Part shown: in pieces, positions 1-9,360 of the stretch
How the letters are laid out: each line of letters starts with the position of its first letter
How positions within the stretch are numbered: position 1 is the first letter of the stretch
Origin: a plasmid
DNA length: 64,000 nt
Strand: one strand, 5' to 3'
Sequence record: NZ_CP040051.1
Position numbers and translations under genes: made by a program
Notes under the pieces: model-generated
What the model was told of the DNA's origin: nothing
What the model saw: the letters and a program-made list of their open reading frames with translations, nothing else
The model's database searches: none

Positions 1-1027
1 CCTGGTCAAGAAAGCGGGCCATACCCACCAAGTGGCCAAGACGGGCGCGGTCACCCTGATCCAGCGTTTTGGATCGGCGCTCAATCTGAATGTTCACTTC
101 CACATGCTGTTTCTCGACGGTGTGTATGTCGAGCAATCCCACGGCTCAGCGCGTTTCCGCTGGGTCAAGGCGCCGACCAGCCCAGAGCTCACCCAGCTGA
201 CGCACACCATCGCCCACCGGGTGGGTCGCTATCTGGAACGGCAAGGCCTGCTGGAACGGGATGTCGAAAACAGCTATCTGGCCTCGGATGCGGTGGATGA
301 CGACCCGATGACACCCCTGCTGGGGCACTCGATCACTTACCGTATCGCTGTCGGTTCACAGGCGGGGCGAAAGGTGTTCACTTTGCAAACTCTGCCGACC
401 AGTGGTGATCCGTTCGGTGACGGGATTGGCAAGGTAGCCGGGTCCAGCCTGCACGCCGGCGTGGCGGCCAGGGCCGATGAACGCAAGAAGCTCGAACGGC
501 TGTGCCGGTACATCAGCCGCCCGGCGGTATCCGAGAAGCGGCTGTCGTTAACACGAGGCGGCAACGTGCGCTACCAGCTCAAGACGCCGTACCGGGACGG
601 CACCACGCACGTCATTTTCGAACCATTGGATTTCATTGCAAGGCTGGCCGCCCTGGTACCGAAGCCCAGAGTCAACCTAACCCGCTTCCACGGGGTGTTC
701 GCACCCAACAGTCGGCACCGGGCGTTGGTCACGCCGGCAAAACGGGGCAGGGGCAACAAGGTCAGGGTGGCTGATGAACCGGCAACACCAGCACAACGGC
801 GAGCGTCGATGACATGGGCGCAACGGCTCAAGCGTGTTTTCAATATCGACATCGAGACCTGCAGCGGCTGCGGCGGCGCCATGAAAGTCATCGCCTGCAT
901 TGAAGACCCTATAGTGATCAAGCAGATCCTTGATCACCTGAAGCACAAAGCCGAAACCAGCGGGACCAGGGCGTTACCCGAAAGCCGGGCGCCACCGGCT
1001 GAGCTGCTCCTGGGTCTGTTTGACTGA
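1..1027 (+). CDS. ISCR2 (IS91-like rolling-circle) transposase, C-terminal about two thirds; the 5' end lies outside the window
   Basis: The frame is open from base 1. The translation (TLIQRFGSALNLNVHFHMLFLDGVY ... KVIACIEDPIVIKQILDHLK) is collinear with the ISCR1 Orf513 copies in this window. The adjacent delta-glmM-sul2 is the canonical ISCR2 context. Confidence 0.85.
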   Translation, partial: LVKKAGHTHQVAKTGAVTLIQRFGSALNLNVHFHMLFLDGVYVEQSHGSARFRWVKAPTSPELTQLTHTIAHRVGRYLERQGLLERDVENSYLASDAVDDDPMTPLLGHSITYRIAVGSQAGRKVFTLQTLPTSGDPFGDGIGKVAGSSLHAGVAARADERKKLERLCRYISRPAVSEKRLSLTRGGNVRYQLKTPYRDGTTHVIFEPLDFIARLAALVPKPRVNLTRFHGVFAPNSRHRALVTPAKRGRGNKVRVADEPATPAQRRASMTWAQRLKRVFNIDIETCSGCGGAMKVIACIEDPIVIKQILDHLKHKAETSGTRALPESRAPPAELLLGLFD

Positions 1028-1190
1028 CGAGCCTGAAGGCCAACGATACCAATCAAAATGCTGCGTTCACAGCGCCGCGGCAGGGATCCGCCGTGCTGGT
1101 TGTCGGAAAAGGAGCCGCTAGTGGGAAAGAGGAGGGTAAATTTTCAGCGTTGCTGGCTCCCCGTCAGCCGGATTGGGTTGCATCGCAGGG
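1..1190 (+). mobile_element. ISCR2, partial (transposase 3' part plus oriIS-side end abutting delta-glmM)
   Basis: Transposase identity and junction with the glmM fragment. The exact oriIS end is not determined from sequence alone. Confidence 0.55.
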
Positions 1191-1202
1191 GTGTCGAAAG
1201 AG

Positions 1203-1505
1203 TCAACTGCGGTCCAAAGCTGTTGGACTTGGGTGAAAAGGGCGTTTATTCTTCCTATACGTTGTCGGCAGCGGGCCAAAAAGGAATACGTCCATGCCCA
1301 TCGAGGTGAAACCGGCTGTGAGCGCGGGTTCAAGCATATAGCCCGACAGGCGCGTATCCTTGCCGATCACGACACGATGGCGGTGGTCACCGCGACGAAA
1401 GACACGGCCAGCCGCCATGCCGACGCGCAAGGCGGTTTCCGCCGTCATCGCGCCTTCGTTGGCTTTGCCACGAATACCGTCTGTGCCGAAATATTTGCGC
1501 ACCAT
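1203..1505 (-). pseudogene. glmM: delta-glmM (phosphoglucosamine mutase N-terminal fragment)
   Basis: The N-terminus [18 protein letters not shown]... matches the GlmM start. The ORF runs into unrelated sequence. This is the classic remnant between ISCR2 and sul2. Confidence 0.8.
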
Positions 1506-1591
1506 AAGGTCGATTATCCTGTCGTCGGGTCGCCCTCAAAGGGGACATGCCTGCTGAACCGCGAATATAGAGAAATATCCCGAATGTGCAG

Positions 1592-2407
1592 TTAACGAAT
1601 TCTTGCGGTTTCTTTCAGCGCCGCCAATACCGCCAGCCCGTCGCGCAAGGGGCGCGGCTCGTGTGTGCGGATGAAGTCAGCTCCACCTGCGGCGGCGGCA
1701 AGCTCTGCAGCGAGTGTCGCGGCCCCGACATCCCCCGGACCACGGCCTGTGAGCGCGCGCAGAAAGGATTTGCGCGAAACAGACAGAAGCACCGGCAAAT
1801 CGAAGCGCAGCCGCAATTCATCGAACCGCGCCAGCACCGAGAGCGAGGTTTCGGGAGCAGCCCCCAGAAAAAACCCCATGCCGGGATCAAGGACAAGGCA
1901 GTTGCGTTTGATACCGGCACCCGTCAGCGCCGCGATGCGCGCGTCAAAGAACGCCGCAATGTGATCCATGATGTCGCCAGCGGGTGCCTCGCGCCGATCT
2001 GCCTGCCCGTCTTGCACCGAATGCATAACGACGAGTTTGGCAGATGATTTCGCCAATTGCGGATAGAACGCAGCGTCTGGAAAACCGCGAATATCATTGA
2101 GATAGGCCACACCACGCGACAAGGCATAGGCTTGCGTCGCGGGTTGATAACTGTCGAGCGAGACGGGAATGCCATCTGCCTTGAGCGCGTCCAGCACCGG
2201 CGCGATACGCGCGATTTCTGTGTCGGACGAAACAGGCGCGGCGTCGGGATTGCTGGATGCCGGACCGAGGTCGATCACATCTGCCCCCTCGGCCATCAGC
2301 TTACGCGCCTGCGCAATGGCTGCGTCTGGCGCCAGATACCGGCCTCCATCGGAGAAACTGTCCGAGGTTATGTTGACGATGCCGAAAATGATGAGCGATT
2401 TATTCAT
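1592..2407 (-). CDS. sul2: Dihydropteroate synthase Sul2 (sulfonamide resistance), 271 aa
   Basis: The full-length translation MNKSLIIFGIVNITSDSFSDGGRYLAPDAAIAQARKLMAEGADVIDLGPASSNPDAAPVSS... is recognised as Sul2. Confidence 0.95.
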   Translation of the reverse strand: MNKSLIIFGIVNITSDSFSDGGRYLAPDAAIAQARKLMAEGADVIDLGPASSNPDAAPVSSDTEIARIAPVLDALKADGIPVSLDSYQPATQAYALSRGVAYLNDIRGFPDAAFYPQLAKSSAKLVVMHSVQDGQADRREAPAGDIMDHIAAFFDARIAALTGAGIKRNCLVLDPGMGFFLGAAPETSLSVLARFDELRLRFDLPVLLSVSRKSFLRALTGRGPGDVGAATLAAELAAAAGGADFIRTHEPRPLRDGLAVLAALKETARIR

Positions 2408-2713
2408 GGGGGCTTCTATAATAATAATAATCGAGCATGAGTCTCATACGGATGCTCGGGTCGAAAGGGAATCCCCAGGCGAGTAACCTGTTTGCGGTGA
2501 TCCATTAGCTGCAGGAGCAGAATAGCATACATCTGGAAGCAAAGCCAGGAAAGCGGCCTATGGAGCTGTGCGGCAGCGCTCAGTAGGCAATTTTTCAAAA
2601 TATTGTTAAGCCTTTTCTGAGCATGGTATTTTTCATGGTATTACCAATTAGCAGGAAAATAAGCCATTGAATATAAAAGATAAAAATGTCTTGTTTACAA
2701 TAGAGTGGGATAA

Positions 2714-3025
2714 ATGGACGCTAAAGAACTGAACCACATGATAGCTGAGGCCTACAGCCGGGATTTGCAAAAGCCTGAGCTGGTATCGTTCAAAGAGGTG
2801 AGTCGCTGGGGGCGTAAGTACGGTTTCCCCGTCGTATGCACTCTGGCCGATGAAAGTGAAGAAAAGCAGATCCACTGGGCTGCCAGTTTGCTCATTCAAG
2901 TAGCCGGTACTTGGCCGCGAGAAGATATGCCGGAATTGCTCACACCGGAACGGGGCTCCGCGCTGTTCAACGATGCGATGCAGTTATTGGCGAATGGGCT
3001 TGGAGCAGCAAATCAATTGCGCTGA
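2714..3025 (+). CDS. hypothetical protein (103 aa)
   Basis: ORF with no internal stops, followed by a hairpin plus T-run. Confidence 0.4.
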   Translation: MDAKELNHMIAEAYSRDLQKPELVSFKEVSRWGRKYGFPVVCTLADESEEKQIHWAASLLIQVAGTWPREDMPELLTPERGSALFNDAMQLLANGLGAANQLR

Positions 3026-3046
3026 CAGCACAAACCTTGTCAATAA

Positions 3047-3069
3047 GCGGCCTTCATGGCCGTTTTTTT
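3047..3069 (+). terminator. rho-independent terminator (gcggcc ttcat ggccg plus T7)
   Basis: GC stem-loop followed by TTTTTTT, seen directly. Confidence 0.5.
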
Positions 3070-3134
3070 GTTTAAAGTTTGTTTTAACAGAACCATAATT
3101 AGATATTGCAGTATCATTTTATGATCGCTACAAT

Positions 3135-3150
3135 CTTTCACATGTGAAAG
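3135..3150. promoter_or_regulatory. 16-bp perfect palindrome CTTTCACATGTGAAAG upstream of parA (putative operator)
   Basis: Perfect dyad 43 bp upstream of the parA start. The identical 16-mer recurs at 6550-6565. Confidence 0.5.
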
Positions 3151-3192
3151 TTTGGGGGTGGTCTTGATCACCTGCGAGAAACCAAAATAGAG

Positions 3193-3984
3193 GTGGGTAT
3201 GGCAAAAGTAATCAGCTTCGCCAACCAGAAAGGCGGAGTGGGTAAGAGTACCCTCTGTATCCAGCAGGCCTTTTATCTGGCGTTACAGAAGAAAAAGAAA
3301 GTGCTGGTCTTGGATATGGATGGTCAGGGGAACACGTCCTCTCGACTGGCCCCCAGACGAGAGCTTGAGGATGGTGACTACGAGCCCATCCTCACAGGAA
3401 CCAAAACCGCAGAGCTGTTCGCTTACGAGCTGGACGGCATTGAGGTCATGCACAGCCCTTGCGGTGCAGACCTCATTCATACGCCGAAAAACGACCCGGA
3501 TCTGTTTGAGATGGAGGCTGTGCCTCTTGACCAGGCCATGAATCCGGCTCGCCATTTGGCTGAGCTGTTTGAGAACTACGACTACGTGCTGATTGATTGT
3601 CCGCCTAGCCTCGGCAGAAAGCTGGTGGCAGCGTTGGTGATGTCTACCCATGTGGCATGTCCAGTAAAGCTCTCTGGCTTCGCTGTGGACGGCGTAGAAG
3701 GTCTCCTGAACACGATTATTGGTGTGCGCGAGGCGTACAACCAAGATTTGGAGATCCTGGGCATCGTGATCAACGACATGGACCGCTCTGTCAATCACGA
3801 CAAAGCCCTCAAGTCGCTGGAGAACACAGTTCCGGATCTGTTGTTTGAGAACAAAATTATGCACCGGCCTCCGCTCGATACGGCGACGACTGATGGCATC
3901 CCTGTCTGGGAGCTTCGCTATGGACATGTCGCGGCCAAAGAAGTTGAGGCGGTGTTGGAAGAACTATTAGAGAAGGTGGGCTAA
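3193..3984 (+). CDS. parA: ParA-family partition ATPase (deviant Walker A KGGVGKST)
   Basis: FANQKGGVGKSTL Walker A motif. 263 aa. Immediately followed by a ParB-like gene. Confidence 0.85.
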   Translation: MGMAKVISFANQKGGVGKSTLCIQQAFYLALQKKKKVLVLDMDGQGNTSSRLAPRRELEDGDYEPILTGTKTAELFAYELDGIEVMHSPCGADLIHTPKNDPDLFEMEAVPLDQAMNPARHLAELFENYDYVLIDCPPSLGRKLVAALVMSTHVACPVKLSGFAVDGVEGLLNTIIGVREAYNQDLEILGIVINDMDRSVNHDKALKSLENTVPDLLFENKIMHRPPLDTATTDGIPVWELRYGHVAAKEVEAVLEELLEKVG

Positions 3985-3987
3985 GCG

Positions 3988-5169
3988 ATGGCATTGAACA
4001 ATTTAAAAGGCCTGTCCGAACTTGCTAAAGCCGCCAAAGGCAAGAAAGGCAAAGAGGTTCTTACCGTACCTGTTGACGACGTTGTATCCAAGGTCCAGGT
4101 TCGTAAGCGCTTCCGTAACATTGAAGAGCTGGCGGCAACCTTGCTGACCGAAGGGCAGCAGTCTCCGATCATCGTGTTCCCGAAGAACGAAGAAGGCAAG
4201 TTCGTCATCCAAAAAGGGGAGCGGCGTTGGAGAGCGTGTAAACACGCTGGTATCGAGACCATTGACTTGGTGGTGAATGATAAGGTCCAGAACAACTTGG
4301 ACGAGACTGCTGGTGAGCTGATCGAAAACATCCAGCGGGATGACTTGACTCCGGTAGAGATTGCCGAGGCGTTAAACCTGTTTATTGAAGAAGGTTGGAA
4401 GCAAAAGGATATTGCTGATCGGCTCGGTAAGAATATCACTTTCGTATCTACGCATCTGTCGTTGCTCAAGCTACCTGACTGTGTGCGTGAGTTATACGAT
4501 AATGAAGTATGTTCTGATACAGAGACCTTGAATAACCTTCGTCTCTTGTTCGATCTGAATGAAGAAAGATGTCGCGCCGTCTGCGCGGTGGCTATGTCTG
4601 ACGGGATTACTCGTAAACAAAGCCGTGAGCTGCTGAATGATGCCAAACGTATCAAAGACGAAATGGAAAAAGGCCCACTGACTGGCTCCCACCAGAATGA
4701 TGAGCTTGGCGCTGGCAACACCGACGAGCAATCCCTCAACTCGGGTGGGGATGGTACGTCGGAACAAACCGGGAATGACGACCTGAACCTTGCCCAGGAG
4801 GAACTGGAAGGGGGTAAAAATTCCAATGGTCAGGACGATGATGACGAAGACCCTTTGCGTGATGAAGAGGGTGAGCACAAAGATCCTGTCAAGCAGCCAG
4901 ATAACAGCGGCAAGGACAAAGATGAAGAAGGCGGTGATGCTCTTCCTCCTCTGCCGAAGGACAAGGAATGGAAGAACGTCCGGGCTGACAGTTTGATTTT
5001 TGCTGTCAACGTTAACCTGGATGGCGAGACCAAACGTGGAGTCATCATGACCGACCGTGTTGCTCTGGTTCCGTCTACTGTCTGGGTTAAAACGCTCGAT
5101 GGCGAAGGCAAGGAAAAGCATGTTCATGTGCCTGTGTCAGACATTGAACTCCTGAGTGTCGAAGGCTAA
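3988..5169 (+). CDS. parB: ParB-family partition protein with long acidic low-complexity linker
   Basis: ParB/Srx-like N-terminal region (GERRWRACKHAGIETIDLVV). Translationally coupled to parA. Residues about 230-320 are D/E-rich. Confidence 0.75.
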   Translation: MALNNLKGLSELAKAAKGKKGKEVLTVPVDDVVSKVQVRKRFRNIEELAATLLTEGQQSPIIVFPKNEEGKFVIQKGERRWRACKHAGIETIDLVVNDKVQNNLDETAGELIENIQRDDLTPVEIAEALNLFIEEGWKQKDIADRLGKNITFVSTHLSLLKLPDCVRELYDNEVCSDTETLNNLRLLFDLNEERCRAVCAVAMSDGITRKQSRELLNDAKRIKDEMEKGPLTGSHQNDELGAGNTDEQSLNSGGDGTSEQTGNDDLNLAQEELEGGKNSNGQDDDDEDPLRDEEGEHKDPVKQPDNSGKDKDEEGGDALPPLPKDKEWKNVRADSLIFAVNVNLDGETKRGVIMTDRVALVPSTVWVKTLDGEGKEKHVHVPVSDIELLSVEG

Positions 5170-5211
5170 TAAAGGAGGCCCAGCCAGAGAGGTTGGGCCT
5201 GTCAAGAACAG

Positions 5212-5490
5212 GTGAATATGAAGATCTCACAGGACATGAAAAGAAAATTTGCTTTGGTGAATGCCCTGTCTAAAACGGAGAAGCCAAGTCTCCAAGACCT
5301 TCACAAGGCAACAAATATTCCTGAATCAACGATCAAGAGACAGTTGTCTGCCCTGCGTGATGAGTTCGGAATGAATATCTTGTTCGTCAGGGAGTCTACC
5401 GGCGAACGAGGTGCCACCGGCTACTACATGCTGACAGACTGGGGGATCTTAGACAGGTCTTCGTTCTTGAACCGGTACGGAAAACTGTAA
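5212..5490 (+). CDS. small HTH DNA-binding protein (92 aa)
   Basis: Helix-turn-helix-like segment SLQDLHKATNIPESTIKRQLSALRDEFG. It is a candidate binder of the palindromes, but this is inference only. Confidence 0.45.
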   Translation: MNMKISQDMKRKFALVNALSKTEKPSLQDLHKATNIPESTIKRQLSALRDEFGMNILFVRESTGERGATGYYMLTDWGILDRSSFLNRYGKL

Positions 5491-5521
5491 GGTGCCATAG
5501 AGCAGCGCATTGAATGCAAAA

Positions 5522-5544
5522 CCCGCCAATCGGCGGGTTTTTTT
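5522..5544. terminator. bidirectional rho-independent terminator (cccgcc aatc ggcggg plus T7) between convergent genes
   Basis: Perfect 6-bp GC stem with a T-run on the plus strand and an A-run context on the minus strand. Confidence 0.6.
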
Positions 5545-6211
5545 ATGCTGCCACGGTAGCGGCGGTTGCTGGAGGTTTTTCGGCGTAGTAGGCGATGTTC
5601 TTGGTTCGTCTGCTAAGGGTGTCTATGCCGACGATACTCAGCGTTTTGGGAGTGGTATTGCGGGACTCGAAATAATGGAATAGCTGGATCATGCAGCACT
5701 TCACCATCAACGGATCGATGTCTTCCAGGTAGATTGAGGCTTCTCTCAATGCTTCGGGACCGTGGTTCTCGATCAGGTTTTCCATCCAGTGAATGGCGTT
5801 GATGCCAGAACCACAGCAGGGCTCATAAAAGTCTGCCGAAGACTGTGAGCCAACAATGAGTGACATCAAGCGGCCAATCTCTGGAGGAGTGGGGAAGTAA
5901 TTGGTGCCCTTCTTGTGGAAGCCAGACATGCTTAGGACGTAACCCAAAACATCGCTGGTGGGGTCGCGCTTAATGGCGGCAGACAGGACGTGAGAGAGCT
6001 CGAAGGCGACCGGCTGAAGTTCTTCCGGGATCTCCTCCTTGGCTGGGTATAGGCCAGTCTGCAAGTATGCCCACTGGTCAATAAAGGCCTCAACAAACCG
6101 AGATGTGCCCATTCTGTATCGGGACTGCTCGATGAGAGATAAAGCCTTGGATGTAAGTTGCTGTGTTTCTGGTGACATAAGCGCTCCAGTTTGTTCTGAC
6201 GAAACATTCAA
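5543..6211 (-). CDS. class I SAM-dependent methyltransferase-like protein (222 aa)
   Basis: Motif I FYEPCCGSGINAI. No (D/N)PP(Y/F) motif is visible, so a DNA-methyltransferase assignment is uncertain. Confidence 0.5.
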   Translation of the reverse strand: MNVSSEQTGALMSPETQQLTSKALSLIEQSRYRMGTSRFVEAFIDQWAYLQTGLYPAKEEIPEELQPVAFELSHVLSAAIKRDPTSDVLGYVLSMSGFHKKGTNYFPTPPEIGRLMSLIVGSQSSADFYEPCCGSGINAIHWMENLIENHGPEALREASIYLEDIDPLMVKCCMIQLFHYFESRNTTPKTLSIVGIDTLSRRTKNIAYYAEKPPATAATVAA

Positions 6212-6549
6212 GAGGTAGAAACGAAGAACCCCGCCGAAGCGAGGTTCTTTGCTTTCCTGCCTGATCGCCTTAATGCCGAAGCAAAGACGTCTTGATAAAG
6301 TCGGGGCAACCGGACATTTCCCGGTCGATGAAGTCCTGACGTTTCGCCAGCGGCCATTTCATGAACGCCGCGAGCGGGATGCGCTTATTCGTGTTAGTAT
6401 TGCCTTGCAGCATAACAAAGCTCCTTAATTGCTTGATTGTGTTGTAAGGGCTGCAACGAAGGTCGAAGAGCGATGCGGCCCTTATTTATGATTATTACAG
6501 CATCATAAAATAATATCAAGGGACAATAAAACGATACCAAGAAACAAAA

Positions 6550-6565
6550 CTTTCACATGTGAAAG
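6550..6565. promoter_or_regulatory. second copy of palindrome CTTTCACATGTGAAAG, upstream of the 6723-10595 operon
   Basis: Identical 16-mer to 3135-3150, lying in the 500-bp intergenic region before the operon. Confidence 0.5.
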
Positions 6566-6722
6566 TCTCCCCGCTGTCCACCTCGCACACTCCAAACGCC
6601 CAAATAACTTGTCTATCTGCCCAAAATGGGCGCGTAAGCGTCCGATAGAAAGTAATTGTTAGTGAGATATTGACTACACGGAATATGGCTATATCATAGA
6701 ATCATAAAATGATACTGTAAAA

Positions 6723-7109
6723 GTGATATGTATGCCAAAGCAAGCAAATCATCTCCGTTTGAAGAAACCTTGCGCCAACTGTCCATTCCGGAAGGAGGGC
6801 GCTATCGAGCTGGTCCCTGGGCGATTAGAAGGCATCATCAACGACATCGTTGAAAACGACATGACGACGTTTCATTGCCACAAGACCGTGCATTCAAAGT
6901 CAGGTGGTGAATGGGATGAAGAGGGTAACTATGCACCTTCGGGACAAGAGTCGATGTGTGCCGGTGCTGCGGCTTACTTGATGAAAATAGGCAGGCCGAC
7001 AGTGGCTATGCGAATTGCCTTTGCGTTTGGTGATGCAAAGGTGTCCGACTGGGACGAAGCTCAAGAGCTGGTTGTCGAGCCTTTGGTACAAGGGGACCGA
7101 AATGAGTAA
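6723..7109 (+). CDS. conserved hypothetical protein (Cys-rich, CANCPFRK ... FHCHKTV motifs)
   Basis: ORF. A paralog with the same motifs is at 47447-47968. Confidence 0.5.
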   Translation: MICMPKQANHLRLKKPCANCPFRKEGAIELVPGRLEGIINDIVENDMTTFHCHKTVHSKSGGEWDEEGNYAPSGQESMCAGAAAYLMKIGRPTVAMRIAFAFGDAKVSDWDEAQELVVEPLVQGDRNE

Positions 7110-7383
7110 GCGATATGCGGTAGTGCCGCATCCGAAACTGAAACGAGAGTACAAAGGTCGGCTGGTCAGAACTACTCGGGTACTAAAAAACGGCTGGGGG
7201 GTGATCCCTCTAGGGGCTGTGGCAACGGTCACGCATCAGTCTCCCAAGGGATCAGAACTGACCTTTGAACCATGCGACTGCTGCGGCCTGAAAGCCATTA
7301 TCAGTCATGTAAGCATGGACTCCATTGAATTTATCGAACCGATTACTGAGGAAGAAGATGGACGAGAACAAGCTCAACATTGA
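7104..7383 (+). CDS. hypothetical protein (93 aa)
   Basis: The start overlaps the upstream stop (ATGAGTAA coupling). Confidence 0.4.
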
Positions 7384-8032
7384 AACGGTCGATGGGCACA
7401 ACGAGCTGGTAGTCAGCTTTTTGTCCAGAATGGTAAGCCTGAGTGACGAGGAAAAGCAGACAGTATTGTCCTGCCTTCCGGGCACCGGCAAACAAACAAT
7501 CACCCAGCTCTATGAGGCGCTGCGTTCTCAAGGGCACCAGGATCTTGCAGAGAAGGTCGAACCATACCTCCAGCAGGGGGTGTTTGGGCCGATCTTCGAT
7601 AACGCCAAGTCCAAGGTGTTCGTTCGGGACGAAGCGCCTTTTTTCCTCATGGATGAAAATCCTTTGAACTGGGATGACGCTAAAGCATTCAATCGCCTAC
7701 GTATGAGTACGACCTGTGTTCTTGGCCGTGGCGGCTGGACTATCGGTGAGCGCTTTGATGACCGCTTTGATACCGAGGTGGGCGGAACACAGCTTATCGT
7801 CACCCAGTCACTCAACGAAAAAGGTGAGATTGAAGGAGGACTTCCTACCTCGATGTCGCTGAATGACTTTGCTGAGTTCCCTAAACAGCCAAGGCCTCCT
7901 CAAATAGTCGATTACCAGGAAGACAAGCGATACACGCTTGAGGAAGCGGAAGCTATCCCTGAGCTCGCACCAGTGGTTCAGCGTCTGAAAGAGCGCATCG
8001 AAGAGTATGAGGAGAGAAGAGCCCATGATTGA
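7358..8032 (+). CDS. hypothetical protein (about 224 aa)
   Basis: ORF in the operon. The start was chosen at the first ATG after the upstream stop. Confidence 0.4.
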   Translation: MDENKLNIETVDGHNELVVSFLSRMVSLSDEEKQTVLSCLPGTGKQTITQLYEALRSQGHQDLAEKVEPYLQQGVFGPIFDNAKSKVFVRDEAPFFLMDENPLNWDDAKAFNRLRMSTTCVLGRGGWTIGERFDDRFDTEVGGTQLIVTQSLNEKGEIEGGLPTSMSLNDFAEFPKQPRPPQIVDYQEDKRYTLEEAEAIPELAPVVQRLKERIEEYEERRAHD

Positions 8033-8531
8033 CATGACATGCCGCCTCTGTGCTGGTTCCGGTGTTTATGACTTTTCCCCTTCCAAAGAAACCTGCGGTA
8101 TGTGCCAAGGGCATGGGAAATTTGCTGACGCCAAAGCAATGCTGGTGGCTGCCATCGAGCTGGCAAAGAAGCAACGCGAGCCGGTCATTGAAGTGGTAAT
8201 GGGGTTGGTGCTCCAGGGTGTGGATGTTAGAGGGAAGGAGCCTGGAGAGCGGTTCAAGGCTGCTCAGGCCTTTAACGCCCCAGGGCACAACCTATTACGA
8301 TACGGGTGGGATGCTTGGGAGCTCTATGCCCTCCATGAGGGTGTAAGTCCAGAACTTGCATCGCTTGGCCGAAGTGTGATGCGCGAGTGGCATAGCCATT
8401 CATGGGGCCGGTTCAGTGGAGAGGTAGGCTTTAACGCCGCCGAGATCATGATCAAACAGGCCAAAGACAACCCAGAAAAAGCAGAAGAGCGCTGGGCGTT
8501 CCTGCTTAGTGAAGAATGGATGGTGGAGTAA
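8024..8531 (+). CDS. small protein with two DnaJ-type CxxCxGxG zinc-finger repeats
   Basis: CRLCAGSG and CGMCQGHG motifs 20 residues apart. The start overlaps the upstream stop. Confidence 0.5.
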
Positions 8532-8848
8532 TTGTCGTGACAGAACAAACCAATAAGAAATTGATGCTGGATGAGTCTCCAGATATGCCCCTGCAATTCA
8601 AGTGGAGAAAGTTTGGTGGTGCGATTTTTACTGCCACGCAAACAATGGAGCACGTCAAGGAAGGACGTAAGCTCGGGCCGACTCCAGCAGGGATGCTACC
8701 TCAAGAAGTGTGGCTGAACCGCCTGATCGCTATGGAAGAAACCCTGCCACGAGGGAAGTTTTTTGACAGATTCCGCCGCCGCGACAAAAACGAGCAGTAT
8801 GACTTGGCCGCCGATCATCTCCGTCTTGTCGGACAGAAAAAGCGATAG
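8516..8848 (+). CDS. hypothetical protein (110 aa)
   Basis: ORF overlapping the upstream stop. Confidence 0.4.
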   Translation: MDGGVIVVTEQTNKKLMLDESPDMPLQFKWRKFGGAIFTATQTMEHVKEGRKLGPTPAGMLPQEVWLNRLIAMEETLPRGKFFDRFRRRDKNEQYDLAADHLRLVGQKKR

Positions 8849-8856
8849 GGGGATAG

Positions 8857-9357
8857 ATGAAAGCCCAGGCATACCCACCATCAGTCATTCGTAAAGGCGC
8901 TGTGTTGTACGCAGCCCTTTATTACATCTCTGATGATGATAAAGCAAAGGTCGAGGTTACAGAGTGGATAGTTCGCTCTATTCAGAAACGACGCAACTCA
9001 ACCAGCGATCAACGCTATGTCAATCTTGCCCAAAAGTTAGATGGGATTACGTGGGGGAAAAGGTCACGGAAGAATGGGGACTTTGGTTGGTTGCCATCTA
9101 TACCGAGCTGGTGTTTGAAGCAGTTCCGGGAAGGTGGCGAATTGCCTTTTGGCGTTTATACGACGCGACTGGCCGCTCTCAAGTTTGCGAAAGTCAGCTT
9201 GCAGGAAGAGGTCCAATATTGCGAGGCCGAGCTGAAAAAGCCTCAGACAGAAGAGGATACTCAGGAACTCCAAGAGGAGCTGGCGGAGAACCAGAGACTT
9301 CTGAAAGCTGCTGGAGCAATGGTGAAGCGCGAGCAAAACAAGAAGAAAAGAGGTTGA
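8857..9357 (+). CDS. hypothetical protein (166 aa), C-terminal coiled-coil/basic tail
   Basis: ORF in the operon. Confidence 0.4.
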   Translation: MKAQAYPPSVIRKGAVLYAALYYISDDDKAKVEVTEWIVRSIQKRRNSTSDQRYVNLAQKLDGITWGKRSRKNGDFGWLPSIPSWCLKQFREGGELPFGVYTTRLAALKFAKVSLQEEVQYCEAELKKPQTEEDTQELQEELAENQRLLKAAGAMVKREQNKKKRG

Positions 9358-9360
9358 CCA

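Noticed and set aside
1058-1595. ORFs 1058-1309, 1118-1333 and 1173-1595 in the ISCR2 end and delta-glmM region
   Set aside because: They overlap the glmM remnant and oriIS. There is no coding signal and no plausible start context.
2418-2434. (ATA)n microsatellite ATAATAATAATAAT upstream of sul2
   Set aside because: It is short and lies in the known sul2 upstream region, with no evidence of function.
3283-5127. Long minus-strand ORFs (3283-3927, 3981-4826, 4492-5127, 4830-5111)
   Set aside because: They lie antisense to the well-supported parA and parB genes. The translations are low-complexity (S/P/R-rich), typical of shadow ORFs in GC-rich coding DNA.
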